A stretch of DNA of 64,000 nt from an uncultured Ignavibacteriaceae bacterium (GTDB lineage: Bacteria; Bacteroidota; Ignavibacteria; Ignavibacteriales; Ignavibacteriaceae). Both the position numbers and the translations under genes were made by a program. The stretch covers positions 41,573-105,572 of the forward strand of contig CAWEJJ010000005.1 in the NCBI GenBank assembly GCA_963809415.1, read 5' to 3'. The first letter of the stretch is position 1, and the number at the start of each line of letters is the position of its first letter. Shown here piece after piece: positions 39,238 to 47,712 of the stretch. Below the pieces are notes generated by a model that worked only from the letters and a program-made list of their open reading frames with translations, did not search any database and was not told the origin of the DNA.

Positions 39238-40119
39238 TTAAAAGTTATAAGTCACATACAAAGCAGGATAAAACTCTGTTTGATTTTTCGTAAGCTGAAT
39301 ATTTTCTAATCTTAGCTTTACAGCAATATCTTTATTATATCGAATTGATGACCAGACGGCATCAAGCGTACTTAATAAATGATTTACGTAAATTCCTATC
39401 ACAGCAGTTGATGCTGTTGAATAAAAATCATTTGCCTGACCTCGCATCTGTGAATAGAAAAGAAAGTTGGAAGAAATTACATTTATGTCCCCGGTAAAAT
39501 CATTCCAACCAGAAGCATATTGATGATACTTACCAATCAATTCATAATATTGCTGCTCACCGTGTGGAGGTAATTTATGCGAACCAGTTTCTATTGCATT
39601 AAGTTGACTCCAATTAACTCTATCCCATGGAGGAATACTTTGATCGTTGCTGATAATAATTTTTGCCTTAAGTTCAGCCCAACGGTCTGGAGCATATTCA
39701 TTCTCAACAAGCCAGTTAGCATATTCTACAACACTCCAATGGTGGTCAGGATTTGTATAAGCATCAGCATAATCCTGAAACTCGTTGGTTTTTCTATCGC
39801 CTTTATTATCATAAATAACAGCGGTAGTTAAAACTGCGGCTTCCAGTGCAACAAATATTCCGGCTTTTAAATATTCTCCCGTGTAAATTTCACCGGCGCC
39901 AGGAATTATTGCAGATAATACCCCAGCCAGCAAAGGAGACTTTTTATTATCATTATTTATAACAATCAATTGGGATTGAATTGGTTCTTCAAAATCATTT
40001 AGCACAACTCTGGCATCAGCTGATAAGTTCCCTGTAAAAACTTTTGGGACATTTGTCTGTTGTGCAAAAGCGCTTGTTAAAGCAGCACAAAATGTTATAA
40101 CAAATAAAATGTTTTTCAT
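39238..40119 (-). CDS. Hypothetical exported protein (DUF5683-like PG.G..Y motif; C-terminal Phe)
   Basis: 293 aa with a signal peptide (SAFAQQ) and LLAGVLSAIIPGAGEIYTGEYLKAG, ending in ...YVTYNF. It is the last gene of the porV-led operon. Confidence 0.4.
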   Translation of the reverse strand: MKNILFVITFCAALTSAFAQQTNVPKVFTGNLSADARVVLNDFEEPIQSQLIVINNDNKKSPLLAGVLSAIIPGAGEIYTGEYLKAGIFVALEAAVLTTAVIYDNKGDRKTNEFQDYADAYTNPDHHWSVVEYANWLVENEYAPDRWAELKAKIIISNDQSIPPWDRVNWSQLNAIETGSHKLPPHGEQQYYELIGKYHQYASGWNDFTGDINVISSNFLFYSQMRGQANDFYSTASTAVIGIYVNHLLSTLDAVWSSIRYNKDIAVKLRLENIQLTKNQTEFYPALYVTYNF

Positions 40120-40131
40120 TTAAAACTTCCT

Positions 40132-43100
40132 TTATCGCTGTCTTAACTGTTTATCGGAATTTAATATATCAAAGCCGAATAATACTCCAGCATAAAAATT
40201 CCACTCTTTGCCATATTTAACTGTTTGACCATTAATTACTCTTGTAAACTCATCAAATCCATAAGATGCATTGAAGAAAATACTTGTTGGAAACAAGTAA
40301 TAAGAATTTAGCTGAAACCTTAATTCGGTTCCTATACCTCTTTTAAATTTACCAGATGTTGAAAGATTGCCTGTCCAGGCATTGCCTATATCTCCGTTAA
40401 AGGAGAGATATATTTTATCCAAATAAAGATGCCCCAATTTTGCATCAATATTTGTAAATAATGGGAAGCGATAAGTCAAGTCCAACCAGGCAATTTCGTT
40501 TCCGCTTATTGCATAAAACGGATAAGATTTCATCCCAATTAATCCACCAAGATAAAAATCAAAAAAGTCCGGCATTGGTGGACCAAGTATCGAGCCTACT
40601 CTCAAAGAAGTGTTAATGGTATGAGAATCGAATATTGGAAGAAATAATCCTGTTCGTAGTTCAACACGGTGAAAATTAAAATTTGAGTACTGAGGTTTTA
40701 ATATTCCATCCTCAACTGTGTAATCACCATTCGGATTAAATTTACTAAACTCGTAATTGTAGGCTAAATCAATTGTAAATCCTACGGGATTTATTTCATC
40801 ATCCTTTGAAGGTAAGATAGTTTTCCAGATGTAGCGTGCTTCCAAATTTCTTCCGATAAAATAATTATCCTTGGTTGTTGGATAAAGAGTTCTGTTTTCA
40901 TCAGGCAGAATAAAACTACCAAGAGTTGCCGTGTAAGTGCTGTAAGTAAATTTTAGTTGCAAATTTTGGTTACGTGAAAACAATCTATGACGAACTATAA
41001 AATCAAACTCAAATAAATCATAAGTAACGTCAGTGGGAATAATATAATCGTAATTAACAGTTCCACCAACGGTATCAGCGCCAAATGAAACATCAGCATC
41101 AGCTTTACGGCTAATGCTATAAAGTTCCAAAGAAAGTTCAGGTCTTAATCCAATTGAAGTTAACAATGGTAATTTATTTTTGTAATCAAAAATTAAAAAC
41201 AAATCCCTTTCTAACCTTGTATTAATTGAACCACCGGCAAATATTGAATACCTGTTAAGCATATCGCTTGATGAAACCAACAAACCCGGTTTAAACTTTT
41301 CTACAAAACTATTCCCTGTGTTGTAATTATCAAATCGTATAAAAGGGAAAAAAGTTAAGCTGGAAAATGCACCGGAATATTTTTCTTTCTTAATTCCTTT
41401 AATGTCTATATCATCATAATTCTGCAAAGAAGAAATATTAAAATTATTTATATCACCCAACGGTTTATCGCTTTCCAGCGGCGGATTGTGCAACCAGACA
41501 TAATCATTTCCTTCAATTACTTTGTTTTGTTCGTCTGCGGATATTTTAAATATTTTATATCCGGTTGAAGTATATCCGGCATAAACAATATCACCATTAT
41601 CCGAAACATCAGCCATAAATGCACCGCCAAGTACATTTGTTAATTGCCTTTTTTCTTTTGACTTAAGATTTAAGGAATAGAGATTAAAGATTCCTGTTTC
41701 ATCAGATGAATAAACCAAGTTGCCTTTTTTATCGAAAGTTGGATTTCTGTCATCATATTTTGTTGCTATAATAAATTCAATATCACCTCCGGCAGTATCG
41801 ACCTTTGCAATATCTCTTGTATTTGCGTAAGAATAATCAAATATGATGTAAGAATCATCGGGAGAAAATTTTGGATTATAAACCTGTTCCCCATTTTCAA
41901 AATGAGTTAACCGCTTGAAATTTTTGCCGTTTATATCAACTAATCCAAGATTTGTTGTCCCATCTTTCTGAAATAGAAAAACGATATTCTTCCCGTTATT
42001 AGAAATAGATGGTTGATTAGCTCTTAAGTTTTCTGTTAACCTGTTTTCTTCATCTGTGGTTAAATCATATACAAATAAATCGTGTACATTATACCAATCT
42101 GGATTATCCTCAGTTATCTTTGCATAAACAATTTTTTTGGCATCAGGCGTAAAAGAAAAAGTTGAACGAACACCATTTACAATAACTTTTTCAGAATTAG
42201 TTCCTAAATCGAATTCATATATTCCAGCAGGACTGAAGTAATCGGAAGATTTATTTGAGATGTAATAAACTTTTTTACCATCTTTAGAGAAAATTGGATA
42301 AAAATTTCCAAATCCATCTTTTGCAATTTGTTCCCCAGTAATCTGGTTAGATAAAATTTTCTCGCTGCGTTTGCGATAATCGGTCTTAAGAAAATTACTC
42401 CATTCATTATAAATTTCATCACCATTTTCCCCAAGTACTTTTTCAAAAGCAGCATCAATTGTAAATGTCCCAAAATTACTTAGGGCATCAGTAATTTGCC
42501 TTAGTTTTTCTTCACCATATTTTTGAGAAATATATCTTGTTAACGCGAAGCCAGAGTTATAAACTGATTCATTACCTAAACTTGTTTTCCCAAACACACC
42601 CATTGCATTCCAGGTAAGCATATTATCATCTAAAGCATAAGAACGCAAAATCATATCGCGATGTGAATCCCAGTTATCATAATTAAATTCCTTTCGCATA
42701 TACTGCGCAGTTCCTTCTGCAAACCAGGCAGGCACATTTACCATCGCGAGTGGATATGAAACAACTACGTTTGGGAAACCGTACAGTATGTCGGGTCTTC
42801 TTTCATCTTCATAAGTAAGTACCTGAAAAAATATTGCGGGAATGCCACGTGATGCTTTCATAGAAGCCTGAATTTGGACCATGTGTGTAAACTCGTGAGA
42901 GATTACATTTCTTAACCAATTATGACTACCCCGCAAATCAAAATCTAATGCGCTTGTCCAAATCTCAATTTTATTATCAAAGAAGTATGTTGCCCCGTTA
43001 GAGTAATCATCAAGATCTTTTATAATATAATGTACTTTATCCGGTTCGTAATTATAAAGTGAACATATTGGATCCCAGACTTCATCCGCAATTTTTGCCA

Positions 43101-43257
43101 CAATTTGCGCGGTTCGTTCAGCTCCTTCATGAAAATGAACTTCAATATGCTTTCCTTTAATTGTAAACCACTCAAGTTCAGGATGAAACTCTGTGAACTG
43201 TGAAAAACTTTGAGATGTAAGAGAAAGAATAAATAAAAAAGAGAAAATAAATTTCAT
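40132..43257 (-). CDS. Large exported fusion protein: peptidase-MA-like (HExxH) domain + PD40/TolB-like beta-propeller repeats + C-terminal Omp85/surface-antigen-like beta-barrel
   Basis: Start placed at the ATG at 43257 (MKFIFSFLFILSLTSQSFSQ signal peptide); the track ORF extends to 43311. Features are HEFTHM ... AWFAEGTAQY, repeated F.P.fS.DGK..vY blades, and a C-terminal part of about 400 aa with alternating beta-strands ending in an aromatic-rich barrel. Confidence 0.6.
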   Translation of the reverse strand: MKFIFSFLFILSLTSQSFSQFTEFHPELEWFTIKGKHIEVHFHEGAERTAQIVAKIADEVWDPICSLYNYEPDKVHYIIKDLDDYSNGATYFFDNKIEIWTSALDFDLRGSHNWLRNVISHEFTHMVQIQASMKASRGIPAIFFQVLTYEDERRPDILYGFPNVVVSYPLAMVNVPAWFAEGTAQYMRKEFNYDNWDSHRDMILRSYALDDNMLTWNAMGVFGKTSLGNESVYNSGFALTRYISQKYGEEKLRQITDALSNFGTFTIDAAFEKVLGENGDEIYNEWSNFLKTDYRKRSEKILSNQITGEQIAKDGFGNFYPIFSKDGKKVYYISNKSSDYFSPAGIYEFDLGTNSEKVIVNGVRSTFSFTPDAKKIVYAKITEDNPDWYNVHDLFVYDLTTDEENRLTENLRANQPSISNNGKNIVFLFQKDGTTNLGLVDINGKNFKRLTHFENGEQVYNPKFSPDDSYIIFDYSYANTRDIAKVDTAGGDIEFIIATKYDDRNPTFDKKGNLVYSSDETGIFNLYSLNLKSKEKRQLTNVLGGAFMADVSDNGDIVYAGYTSTGYKIFKISADEQNKVIEGNDYVWLHNPPLESDKPLGDINNFNISSLQNYDDIDIKGIKKEKYSGAFSSLTFFPFIRFDNYNTGNSFVEKFKPGLLVSSSDMLNRYSIFAGGSINTRLERDLFLIFDYKNKLPLLTSIGLRPELSLELYSISRKADADVSFGADTVGGTVNYDYIIPTDVTYDLFEFDFIVRHRLFSRNQNLQLKFTYSTYTATLGSFILPDENRTLYPTTKDNYFIGRNLEARYIWKTILPSKDDEINPVGFTIDLAYNYEFSKFNPNGDYTVEDGILKPQYSNFNFHRVELRTGLFLPIFDSHTINTSLRVGSILGPPMPDFFDFYLGGLIGMKSYPFYAISGNEIAWLDLTYRFPLFTNIDAKLGHLYLDKIYLSFNGDIGNAWTGNLSTSGKFKRGIGTELRFQLNSYYLFPTSIFFNASYGFDEFTRVINGQTVKYGKEWNFYAGVLFGFDILNSDKQLRQR

Positions 43258-43294
43258 AAAATCACAGGTGAATATTTTGAATTGTAATAAGAGA

Positions 43295-46200
43295 TTATTT
43301 AACCACGGCAATTTTGATTACAACAGATTCTGATTTGCCACTAACACCAACAGCCTCAATCCTTGCTAAATATACTCCACTTTGTGTACTTCCAACATTC
43401 CAGATTGTTTCATTATCAAATCCGCCTTTTGCATCATTATTTAACTCTGCAACAAAATCACCAGCAAGATCAAAAATCTTAATGTTAATTTTAGAATCTT
43501 CATTTACAAAATAGCGGATTGCAGTCTCCCCGCCATACACCGGGTTGGGATAATTGTAAGCCTTGTTTATTGGCAAAAATTGGTTTAAGGTATTTGTAGA
43601 TTTTGCAGCTTCAATGAATGATGTATTCTGATTATTGCCGTTCGTTTCAGCCCAATCAGGCGATGTAAATACCGAAGAAATAATCCAAGCCTTAAATTTA
43701 TTATCAGAATTGTATCCGGCTAAGGCTGTTTGTCCTTTATAATTAAACAGAACTGGTTCGGTTATTAAAGGATTACCAAAACTTATTGGAAAACCATCTA
43801 TAAGTTTACCTGTACCACCATCAAATGCATAAACATTGCCAAGGGAATCTGTAACAATTATTTCAGATTTAGAATCACCTTCAATATCAGCAGCAAGCGG
43901 AGTAAATATTAGACTTTGAGTTGAATTCTTAAGTACAGGGAAATTATCTGCTGAATAACCTGTTAAATTATAAGCATTTAACTCGTTACCGTTATTTATT
44001 AGGATGTAGTTATTTCCGTCTTGTTTAATATCTGCAAGAGAAAAATTATTTACAGATTGCTTATTATCAAGTTCAAATGATGATTTTATCTCGCCATTTG
44101 ATATTAAAATAATCTTATCGCTCTTTGTAGATATTAAAGAATAGTTTTCTCCATTGTTATCGATCGATGTTGCCAAATCTATTAAAGATTCATTGGTAAA
44201 ATTTATTTTACCACCATCTGATGAATAATAATATGATGGATCTGGAGGGACAGGACCCATTGTGCCGTTAATATATGCAATAGCAGAAATTGTTGTTGAT
44301 GATGCTGATATTTTAGCTATTGAATAGGATGGCTCAACTAAAATTGAATCTTTTCTAACTGGATTTTGATTCAAAATGGATAATAGATCGTAAACATAAA
44401 GTGCGCCGTTTGATGTACCTAATATTAAATCTAAACCATAATAAATATTTTTTCTTATAACAGGTGCTGCTGTAATGTTATAAGATAAATCAAAACTTCC
44501 TTTAATTATGTTAGAAGGTTGTTTAATCCAGTAATTAACTGAACTTCCTTTTGTTCCAACAACAAATGTCACCTCTCCAGTTGTTATTGAAGCTACTTTA
44601 AATCCTTCAGAAAACTCAGGGATTCTATCAATAATATTTTTACCGTCAGAAATTAATAAGTTAGTACCTTCTTCAAATGCGAACAAAACAGAATCACCAT
44701 CTTCAATAACAGAAATATTATCAATTAAGTTATTAAATGTGGATGTAAATATTGGTTTTATAACTGAATCACCATACGCAACATTAAAGCTCATTCTGTT
44801 AGAAATAGGAGTGAAATTTTTTATGGTGATTAGACTGTTTGCACCGCTATTTGTATTTGTATTTGGAGTTGTATTTTTATCAAATTTATTTTTATAAAGC
44901 GTTGCTTTATTACCTGAATACCAAAAATCTTCTTGCGTACCTTCACCAATAACAACATCACCAAAAACAGTTGTAAATTCTTCGCCGATATCCTGAATAC
45001 CGTCGGCTTCCGCAACATCTACTCCACGTCTGTTTTTATCTGTGTTGACTTTATTTTCAGCCAGTTTTTCTTTAATAACGTTTTCATCAATATGCCAGAT
45101 AACAATTCCATTTCCGGGTAAAGCCCAATCAAATTCATTAACATCAAGTATAACTCCTTTTAAGGAATCTGTATCGTAGCTGTAAAAACCTGTAGTGTCT
45201 TTAAGAAATGTTTTTGTAAAAATATTTCCATCAGATTTAATGGTCAGTTTAGCACCATCATTAAAAACATTTCTTTGTCTGTTCTCAATTAAAAAATATT
45301 CAGAAGAATTGAGAGGTACTTTTAAAATTACTGTGTCAGCTAAAGAAGCAGCTAAAACCGGGACAAGACTAATATCATAATTATTGGAAGAAACAGTAAC
45401 TGGTTCAGTCCAACCTAAATAAATTTTCTCCCAGGCAGATGGCTCAGGTGGAAAAACACCATTGTATGCAAAAATTGCCTGACCATCCATCAACCCAAAC
45501 CTGCCTATTGCACTTAATCCGGTTTCAGTATCAAAAAGATCGGGTAAACCTAAATAACTTCCTACACTGGCAGCTAATAAGCCATTGATGGTAATTTCAA
45601 ATAAAAACTTACCTGTAATAGCGTCTAATTCCCTGCTCTCTGTTTCCGGGATAATCATGCTGTTATTAACTTTGAATGATCCATTCGATACCGAAAAGCC
45701 ATCAAAAGTTTGCCCAAAAATATTTTTGAAAGCATTTTCATTAAGATAAACTGAGGGCAAATCACGCTCATTACCTAAACTGCCGGGTAAAGTAATATCT
45801 CTTCCAACACCTGCATGGAAAATTAAAAATACATTGTAATCGGAAAATTTAAATCCAGGATTCATTTCATCTGCTTTAGTCCAAACTTCTTGAGCAAATT
45901 GTCCGAGTGGTGTAAAATCATTAGAGCCAGGGGTTGGGGAATAATTTCTCATTGTATTTGAAACCGAAAAAGTATCAGGCAGAATAGTAAACTGCACATT
46001 AACTTTTCCGTTAGAAACTTTTTGATAATAATTTTTTACAAATGTTAGATGAGATTCAAAGTAATCTTTATCGTGCGGCAGAGGGTCTAATATGGAACTA
46101 CCATAGTTTTGAGAATAGATTGAACCAAATTTCCCATTCCCAAAAGTTGCTCCATCACGATCTTCTTGAAAGTTAACCATAACTGCTAAAATTTTAACGG

Positions 46201-46324
46201 TGTCGCCTTCAAGCACATTTAAATTTTGATTTGGGAATGGATTAATTTTCCCAATAAAATTTTGGGCAGATACACTGCCCAAAGCCAAAATGACAACAGC
46301 AAGAGAGAGAAGTGCTTTGTTCAT
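43295..46324 (-). CDS. M6 (immune inhibitor A)-like domain protein with degenerate active site, FG-GAP/VCBS-like repeats and a T9SS C-terminal sorting domain
   Basis: 1009 aa with a signal peptide. VKILAVMVNFQED, IFHAGVGRD, LAASVGSYLGLPDLFD (in place of HExGHxLGLPDxYD) and VAEADGIQDI resemble the M6 domain. The C-terminal 80 aa (YNYPNPV...IKIFDLAGDFV...GVYLARIEA...IKIAVVK) form a type A T9SS CTD. Confidence 0.6.
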   Translation of the reverse strand: MNKALLSLAVVILALGSVSAQNFIGKINPFPNQNLNVLEGDTVKILAVMVNFQEDRDGATFGNGKFGSIYSQNYGSSILDPLPHDKDYFESHLTFVKNYYQKVSNGKVNVQFTILPDTFSVSNTMRNYSPTPGSNDFTPLGQFAQEVWTKADEMNPGFKFSDYNVFLIFHAGVGRDITLPGSLGNERDLPSVYLNENAFKNIFGQTFDGFSVSNGSFKVNNSMIIPETESRELDAITGKFLFEITINGLLAASVGSYLGLPDLFDTETGLSAIGRFGLMDGQAIFAYNGVFPPEPSAWEKIYLGWTEPVTVSSNNYDISLVPVLAASLADTVILKVPLNSSEYFLIENRQRNVFNDGAKLTIKSDGNIFTKTFLKDTTGFYSYDTDSLKGVILDVNEFDWALPGNGIVIWHIDENVIKEKLAENKVNTDKNRRGVDVAEADGIQDIGEEFTTVFGDVVIGEGTQEDFWYSGNKATLYKNKFDKNTTPNTNTNSGANSLITIKNFTPISNRMSFNVAYGDSVIKPIFTSTFNNLIDNISVIEDGDSVLFAFEEGTNLLISDGKNIIDRIPEFSEGFKVASITTGEVTFVVGTKGSSVNYWIKQPSNIIKGSFDLSYNITAAPVIRKNIYYGLDLILGTSNGALYVYDLLSILNQNPVRKDSILVEPSYSIAKISASSTTISAIAYINGTMGPVPPDPSYYYSSDGGKINFTNESLIDLATSIDNNGENYSLISTKSDKIILISNGEIKSSFELDNKQSVNNFSLADIKQDGNNYILINNGNELNAYNLTGYSADNFPVLKNSTQSLIFTPLAADIEGDSKSEIIVTDSLGNVYAFDGGTGKLIDGFPISFGNPLITEPVLFNYKGQTALAGYNSDNKFKAWIISSVFTSPDWAETNGNNQNTSFIEAAKSTNTLNQFLPINKAYNYPNPVYGGETAIRYFVNEDSKINIKIFDLAGDFVAELNNDAKGGFDNETIWNVGSTQSGVYLARIEAVGVSGKSESVVIKIAVVK

Positions 46325-46330
46325 ACTAAA

Positions 46331-47527
46331 TTAAATTCCCCTTGGTAATCCTCTGGTTGATTCAGGAACAGCACCCCAACCGATTAGAACTGTAAATCTG
46401 AGTGTGTCAGATAACGGATGATTTTCACCACCTTTAAATACTGAAGTTGTAATGTAACTAAAATCAAATCCATAAATATCATAACGGATACCGGCTCCAA
46501 AAGTTACAAACTTTCTATTTCCATAGGCAGGATCTTCATAAAAGAATCCACTGCGTAAAGCAAAAAGAAAATCGCCGGGTGTGCCATACCAATATTCTAA
46601 ACCCATAGATGTAACAATGTCTCTCAACTCTTCACTAAATGGTTTATTACTCCATGCAGAAAATATGGCTTTGTACCATTCATCTGATTTAGACACAGAT
46701 GATGTATCACCTAATGGTGAGATAACCTGTGATGTTGTTTTATTAACAAGTAGTTTGCTAAAATCAAGAGTGTAAATTAAACTATTAAACTCATCATCGA
46801 TAATTTTATAAGCAAAACCTAAACGGAAATTAGTAGGAATAGGATCGGCTTGTGCTTTATCTATATAATAAATTTTAGGACCAAGATTGCTAAGGTTGAT
46901 ACCAAGACTAAATTTTCCGCCGATGTTTTCATCAATAAGTGGTATTACAAATTTTTCCGGTCTCCACATTGTAGCCACATCAAAACTTACAGATGTAGCA
47001 ACACCACTTCCTTGTTCTTCGCCAACACTTTGATCTGATAAACGGCTGTGAATAATTCTAAAGTTAAAACCTAAGCCCCAATCAGAGGATATTTTAGTAG
47101 CATATCCAAGAGTCATAGCTGCATCAAATGATCTAAATGTACCAAGCGGAGTTGGATCAAATTCGCCAGTTCTAACAAATTCACCAAAATTCATATAGGT
47201 AATACTTGCAGTAACACTCCCACTTAATTCTTCAAAATATTCTCTGAAAGTCAGGTAGTCATAGAATAGATCAAGATTAAATTGCGGAAGCCAATTACTA
47301 TGAGTAATGCTCACCTCAGTACCCGTTAGAAAAGCTATACCAGCAGGGTTCCAGAATATTGCAGCAGAATTATCTGCAAGACCAGAACCGGACTCACCAA
47401 TACCACCGGCACGGGAATCCGGGGCAAGTAATAGAAACGGAACAGCGGCTTCACCCTGTGCATACGATACGCTTGCAAAAGTACCAAACATTGCGCTGAT
47501 CAGCATTAGCCTGAGAATAATCTTCAT
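46331..47527 (-). CDS. porV: Type IX secretion outer-membrane shuttle protein PorV (LptO)
   Basis: 398 aa with a signal peptide and the motif AAVPFLLLAPDSRAGGIGESGSGLADNSAAIFWNPAGIAF, typical of PorV. It has beta-barrel character, lies next to porU, and has a GGAGG RBS at 47535-47539. Confidence 0.8.
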   Translation of the reverse strand: MKIILRLMLISAMFGTFASVSYAQGEAAVPFLLLAPDSRAGGIGESGSGLADNSAAIFWNPAGIAFLTGTEVSITHSNWLPQFNLDLFYDYLTFREYFEELSGSVTASITYMNFGEFVRTGEFDPTPLGTFRSFDAAMTLGYATKISSDWGLGFNFRIIHSRLSDQSVGEEQGSGVATSVSFDVATMWRPEKFVIPLIDENIGGKFSLGINLSNLGPKIYYIDKAQADPIPTNFRLGFAYKIIDDEFNSLIYTLDFSKLLVNKTTSQVISPLGDTSSVSKSDEWYKAIFSAWSNKPFSEELRDIVTSMGLEYWYGTPGDFLFALRSGFFYEDPAYGNRKFVTFGAGIRYDIYGFDFSYITTSVFKGGENHPLSDTLRFTVLIGWGAVPESTRGLPRGI

Positions 47528-47712
47528 TTTGTTTCCTCCGAGATGAATAAATATTTGTAATCGATATTCTTTATTAACTTATAAAACATAAATATTGAAA
47601 AGAACTTTTATATGAAACCTATTTTTTAGTAACTATTTAATTGAAAACTTGTTACACTTGGACAAGTCTTGTATGAAAATTAATTATTTTTAAAATAATA
47701 TCTCTAAAATTT

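Noticed and set aside
43258-43311. 18-codon N-terminal extension of the 1059-aa ORF
   Set aside because: The internal ATG at 43257 begins a canonical signal peptide and removes the overlap with the upstream gene.
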